Below are positions 43,994-47,306 of a stretch of 47,306 bases of DNA, piece by piece. Location: positions 1 to 47,306 of the forward strand of contig MU626411.1 in the NCBI GenBank assembly GCA_025603075.1. The letters are read 5' to 3'. Origin of the DNA: Neoconidiobolus thromboides FSU 785. Lineage: Eukaryota; Fungi; Entomophthoromycota. Every line of letters starts with the position of its first letter. Positions within the stretch are counted from its first letter, which is position 1. A program made the translations under genes and the position numbers. The notes under the pieces were generated by a model, which had not been told where the DNA came from, searched no databases, and saw only the letters and a list, made by a program, of their open reading frames with translations.

Positions 43994-45418
43994 ATGTTTT
44001 TATCTTTATTTCTAATTAGTCTTTCACTTTCTAAAATTAATGCAATGATACCAAGAGTAACTGGTGGTAAATGTATTATAGTAGAAGATGAATTGTACTA
44101 TTTAGGTGGGATAATTGGTATACCAAATATAAGCATATCTCAATATAATAAACAGCTATTTAAATTAAATTTAAAAAAAGGAGTAAAGTTAATTGGTAAT
44201 ATCGCGGAGTGGGAGATATACAATGTGACAAATTCACCAACGCTTTCATACTTTACAAGCCCCTTAAATAAGATGTTTTATATTGGAAACAAGACATTGG
44301 TCCATTTTGATCAATACAAATCTGATCCAATATTAGCTTACACTCGTTTTGATATTGAAAAGAAAGAATGGTATGGTGAATATGCTATCAATGAACTTTA
44401 CCATGAAAATGTTATAAATTTTTCTGAAAAAGATTCCATTCAATATACTGGACTTTTTAATACTTTACAGGATGAACGTAATTTAAACAAATTTTATATT
44501 GCAAATGTAATTGATGTACCAACTCTACCAACAAAATTAATATCATTTGATATTCAAACAAAAGAAATGAAAACAGTATATGAATCAAGTAGAGGCTCTG
44601 AAATATATTTACAGTTTATATACGATAATAAATTGTATTTTTATGAACAATTGAGAGAAATTGAACAATCAATGACAACTAGAGGTCTATACCAATTAGA
44701 TTTAGAATCATATAGAATAGAACAGTATAACATTACTTATAGAAAAGACATGGGACCACCGGAAATAATATTCAATGATTCAGCTTATTTTGTTTTTGAT
44801 TATGGCAGAAGTGCCCAAGTTGAAATTGCTGAGTTTCAAATTCAATCATTAAGTTATAGACCAGTAAAAAAAACAGTTATATTCGAGTCCCGTGGGTGTT
44901 TTACTAATTATAGAAATTATCTCATAAGCTCCTTTGGTTATTATCTAGTTGCTACTGAACAGTTTAGCAATTATACAAACAATTATGTTACCTTTAATTC
45001 TAGTGAAAGTTCAAATAAAGTTCAAATCTATAATTTAACTAATTGGGAACAAGTCGATGGTATAGCTCCAACGAATGAAAATGAAGGTAGTAGTCATACA
45101 GACTCGATAACTAGTAATAACAGCAATTCGTTAATCGAAGGCATTACAGGAGGAATACTAGTCATGATTTTAATAGTTTCAATTGTATTATTTTTAGTAC
45201 ATAGACATCAATTTAGCAAAAAAAGAGCACCAAGTTTTATTATAGATCCAATTCATATCAAACCAATGAATCCATTAGATTGTAATAATGAATACTATAA
45301 CGCCGAAATCTTCAGTCATTCACAAGAGATTGATAATGTTATTACCATGCTACCTATAGACATGCATATCGAAGCTTTAAAAGCCACCGATATAAACAAA
45401 GAAAGAGCGAGTCAATGA
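43994..45418 (+). CDS. Kelch-like beta-propeller single-pass membrane protein (receptor-like), copy D, intact, 474 aa
   Basis: Signal peptide MFLSLFLISLSLSKINA; Kelch-type first blade PRVTGGKCIIVEDELYYLGG; beta-rich ectodomain with at least nine N-x-S/T sequons; Ser/Asn stalk; TM GITGGILVMILIVSIVLFLV followed by basic HRHQFSKKR; ~70-aa tail. Confidence 0.8.
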   Translation: MFLSLFLISLSLSKINAMIPRVTGGKCIIVEDELYYLGGIIGIPNISISQYNKQLFKLNLKKGVKLIGNIAEWEIYNVTNSPTLSYFTSPLNKMFYIGNKTLVHFDQYKSDPILAYTRFDIEKKEWYGEYAINELYHENVINFSEKDSIQYTGLFNTLQDERNLNKFYIANVIDVPTLPTKLISFDIQTKEMKTVYESSRGSEIYLQFIYDNKLYFYEQLREIEQSMTTRGLYQLDLESYRIEQYNITYRKDMGPPEIIFNDSAYFVFDYGRSAQVEIAEFQIQSLSYRPVKKTVIFESRGCFTNYRNYLISSFGYYLVATEQFSNYTNNYVTFNSSESSNKVQIYNLTNWEQVDGIAPTNENEGSSHTDSITSNNSNSLIEGITGGILVMILIVSIVLFLVHRHQFSKKRAPSFIIDPIHIKPMNPLDCNNEYYNAEIFSHSQEIDNVITMLPIDMHIEALKATDINKERASQ

Positions 45419-46390
45419 TATCGAACAGCTACTATTTAATGGTTATTTTTATTTAGCTTCTATTTTAGTTATCTTAAACTGGAGGTTGATTTTAAAAATT
45501 ATTACAATAATTTATTATAGATTATAAACTAAAATCTAATTGATAGCTGGTATGTAGTTTACAGCAAAAGTAATTTAATCTTATGAAAATTAATTTAAAT
45601 CCTAAGTTGTTGTGTTAAGGTGTCAAAGGTCTATTTTAAAATAAAACTTTTATATAACTATTACCCTAAATTAGAGCATCAAACGTTCTAATGAATGAGT
45701 TAACAACTAAAAAGAATGATACTTTTATGAGTTACGTTTTTATAAACTAATATCGTTATTATAATATTAACTACGTTAACTAGAATCTAAAATGTGGTTC
45801 TACCATTAACAAAAAATACTGCTTGAACTCCATAGTTTACTTTTACTTTAAAATAAAAAAAATGCTCATAATATTAATATGGAAATTTGATCTAAATTTT
45901 GATTAATTATTTAAAATAATTCCTTATCTTTTTAACCAAGATCATTTCTTTAAATGTTTAATTATAGTGATTTCATAGTGTGAATAGTTTACTAACATTT
46001 TTAGCTTCATCCGAATATAAAAACATGTATAAATTAATCTTTCTTCTTAGCTGGAATGATAGGATTTTTAGCAATATAACATACTATTTATATTGAAGCC
46101 TATTTATTATCTTATTTTCATGATATATGTATGTTTTTGTATAAGCTATAGCTTTACTAAGTATAAGTATAAAACTTGAGCCCACGTCGAAACAGATACA
46201 GATTGATCTAGCTATGACTTACTACCCAATTCCTTCATTATGGCTCTAATACGATGTCTACTTGTTTAACTCAGTAATAGCAGTTAGATCTAAAATGATT
46301 TATTATATTTGATGGGTGTACTTTAATACTATGATGTAAAGTACTTTTTGCTTCCTTATGTAAATAAAATATTTTATGTAAATTATAATA

Positions 46391-46492
46391 TGGGGATATA
46401 CTTTTTGGTTTAAGAATTTTACTAATAATCTTTCCACTTAAACAGTGCTTAAAAGAGAGAAAAGTGATGAAACTAAAAAAGAGACACTCTCA
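46391..46492 (+). mobile_element. MITE-like element copy 7
   Basis: TA TGGGGATA...TTCCACTTAAACAGTGCTTAAAAGAG...CACTCTCA TA. Confidence 0.75.
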
Positions 46493-46683
46493 TATCAATT
46501 GTGTTTAATCGATTTCAATTTTAATCCAGTGTTTCTCTATATTTACATTCTTTGGACTAGGAGTCGAGGCTTCTACTCAACTTTGTAAAATAGAATGATT
46601 TTACCATACAAACATCAGTAAAAGTGTCAAGCTTATCACATGTATCATTGTTATTAATATATTGTTGACTTAGGTTCACTAAA

Positions 46684-46783
46684 TGGGGATGTATTTTTGT
46701 GTTTAAGAATTTTACTAACAATTTTTCCACTCAAATAGTGCTTAAAAAACGGAAAAATAATGAAATCAAAAAAAACAGCCCCA
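46684..46783 (+). mobile_element. MITE-like element copy 8
   Basis: TGGGGATGTATTTTTGTGTTTAAGAATTTTACTAACAATTTTTCCACTCAAATAGTGCTTAAAA...CAGCCCCA TA. Confidence 0.82.
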
Positions 46784-47306
46784 TATCTTCCTTATAAAAT
46801 AAATGCATCATTCAAATACCTTTATAAGCTATAGAAAGATTGTTTTTCTAAGATATCAAAGTATCTCTTTTCATTTTTTAGAGGTTTTAAAACTCAAAGC
46901 TCTTCTAACAGTTTTAAAATGCAAAAATTTTCCACCGTTTCAATAGCCTTACCTAACATTTCATCTTATTTACCCTCTTATACCATCACCTCTTATGATT
47001 CAGGCTTTTCTTTTAAATTTTTTAACTTCAAACAATAGAATACTTGGGAGCCTCCGACTCTTTCAAGATTTTCAAAAAGATCCGGAGGTCTTATGAAGGC
47101 AATCTTACTTTTATTCTAGCTGATTAAAGTATATAAAAATCAGGACATAATGGGTAGTTATTAGATAGAATCTGTATCATTACATTAGGTGACATTTACT
47201 AAATTAAGTAACTAGATATTGTGAAATATCGCTTCGTCAGTCCCATGGTTAATTATTTTGATTTGTTATGAGAATTTCTAGTTCCACCCAAAAGAATATT
47301 ATCTTC

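Noticed and set aside
46800-47130. Possible transposase relic (LLKRWKIF) as the MITE's autonomous partner
   Set aside because: This is only a short motif resemblance amid many stops, with no DDE motif or matching termini.

Overview
Strongly AT-rich eukaryotic DNA from a fungus. Evidence: 44-60 nt GT-AG introns, a single-chain fungal type I fatty acid synthase and a SUN/GH132 protein. An early-diverging lineage such as Entomophthorales/Zoopagomycota would fit, but that is inference. Conserved genes: MFS sugar-porter-like transporter (3 exons), EMC8/9-like gene (4 exons) and TVP18-like gene (7 exons), both reconstructed by hand because the ORF track shows only fragments, MSG5/Pmp1-type MAPK phosphatase, aldo-keto reductase, SUN-family glucan-remodelling protein, Slm1-like helical+PH protein with nested repeats, acetoacetyl-CoA synthetase (15 exons) and an intronless 3953-aa fused FAS1-FAS2. 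Accessory layer: (1) a four-member family of signal peptide + Kelch-like ectodomain + single TM + conserved-tail receptor-like genes, one intact and three decayed; (2) eight copies of a ~100-bp MITE-like element with TGGGGATG/CATCCCCA termini, mostly TA flanks and CpG-specific decay; (3) a 153-bp foldback; (4) a solitary ORF resembling non-LTR retrotransposon ORF1. The EMC8 and TVP18 stop codons converge 1 nt apart. No rRNA, tRNA or CRISPR array was seen. All exon models and family calls were made by eye, without database searches.
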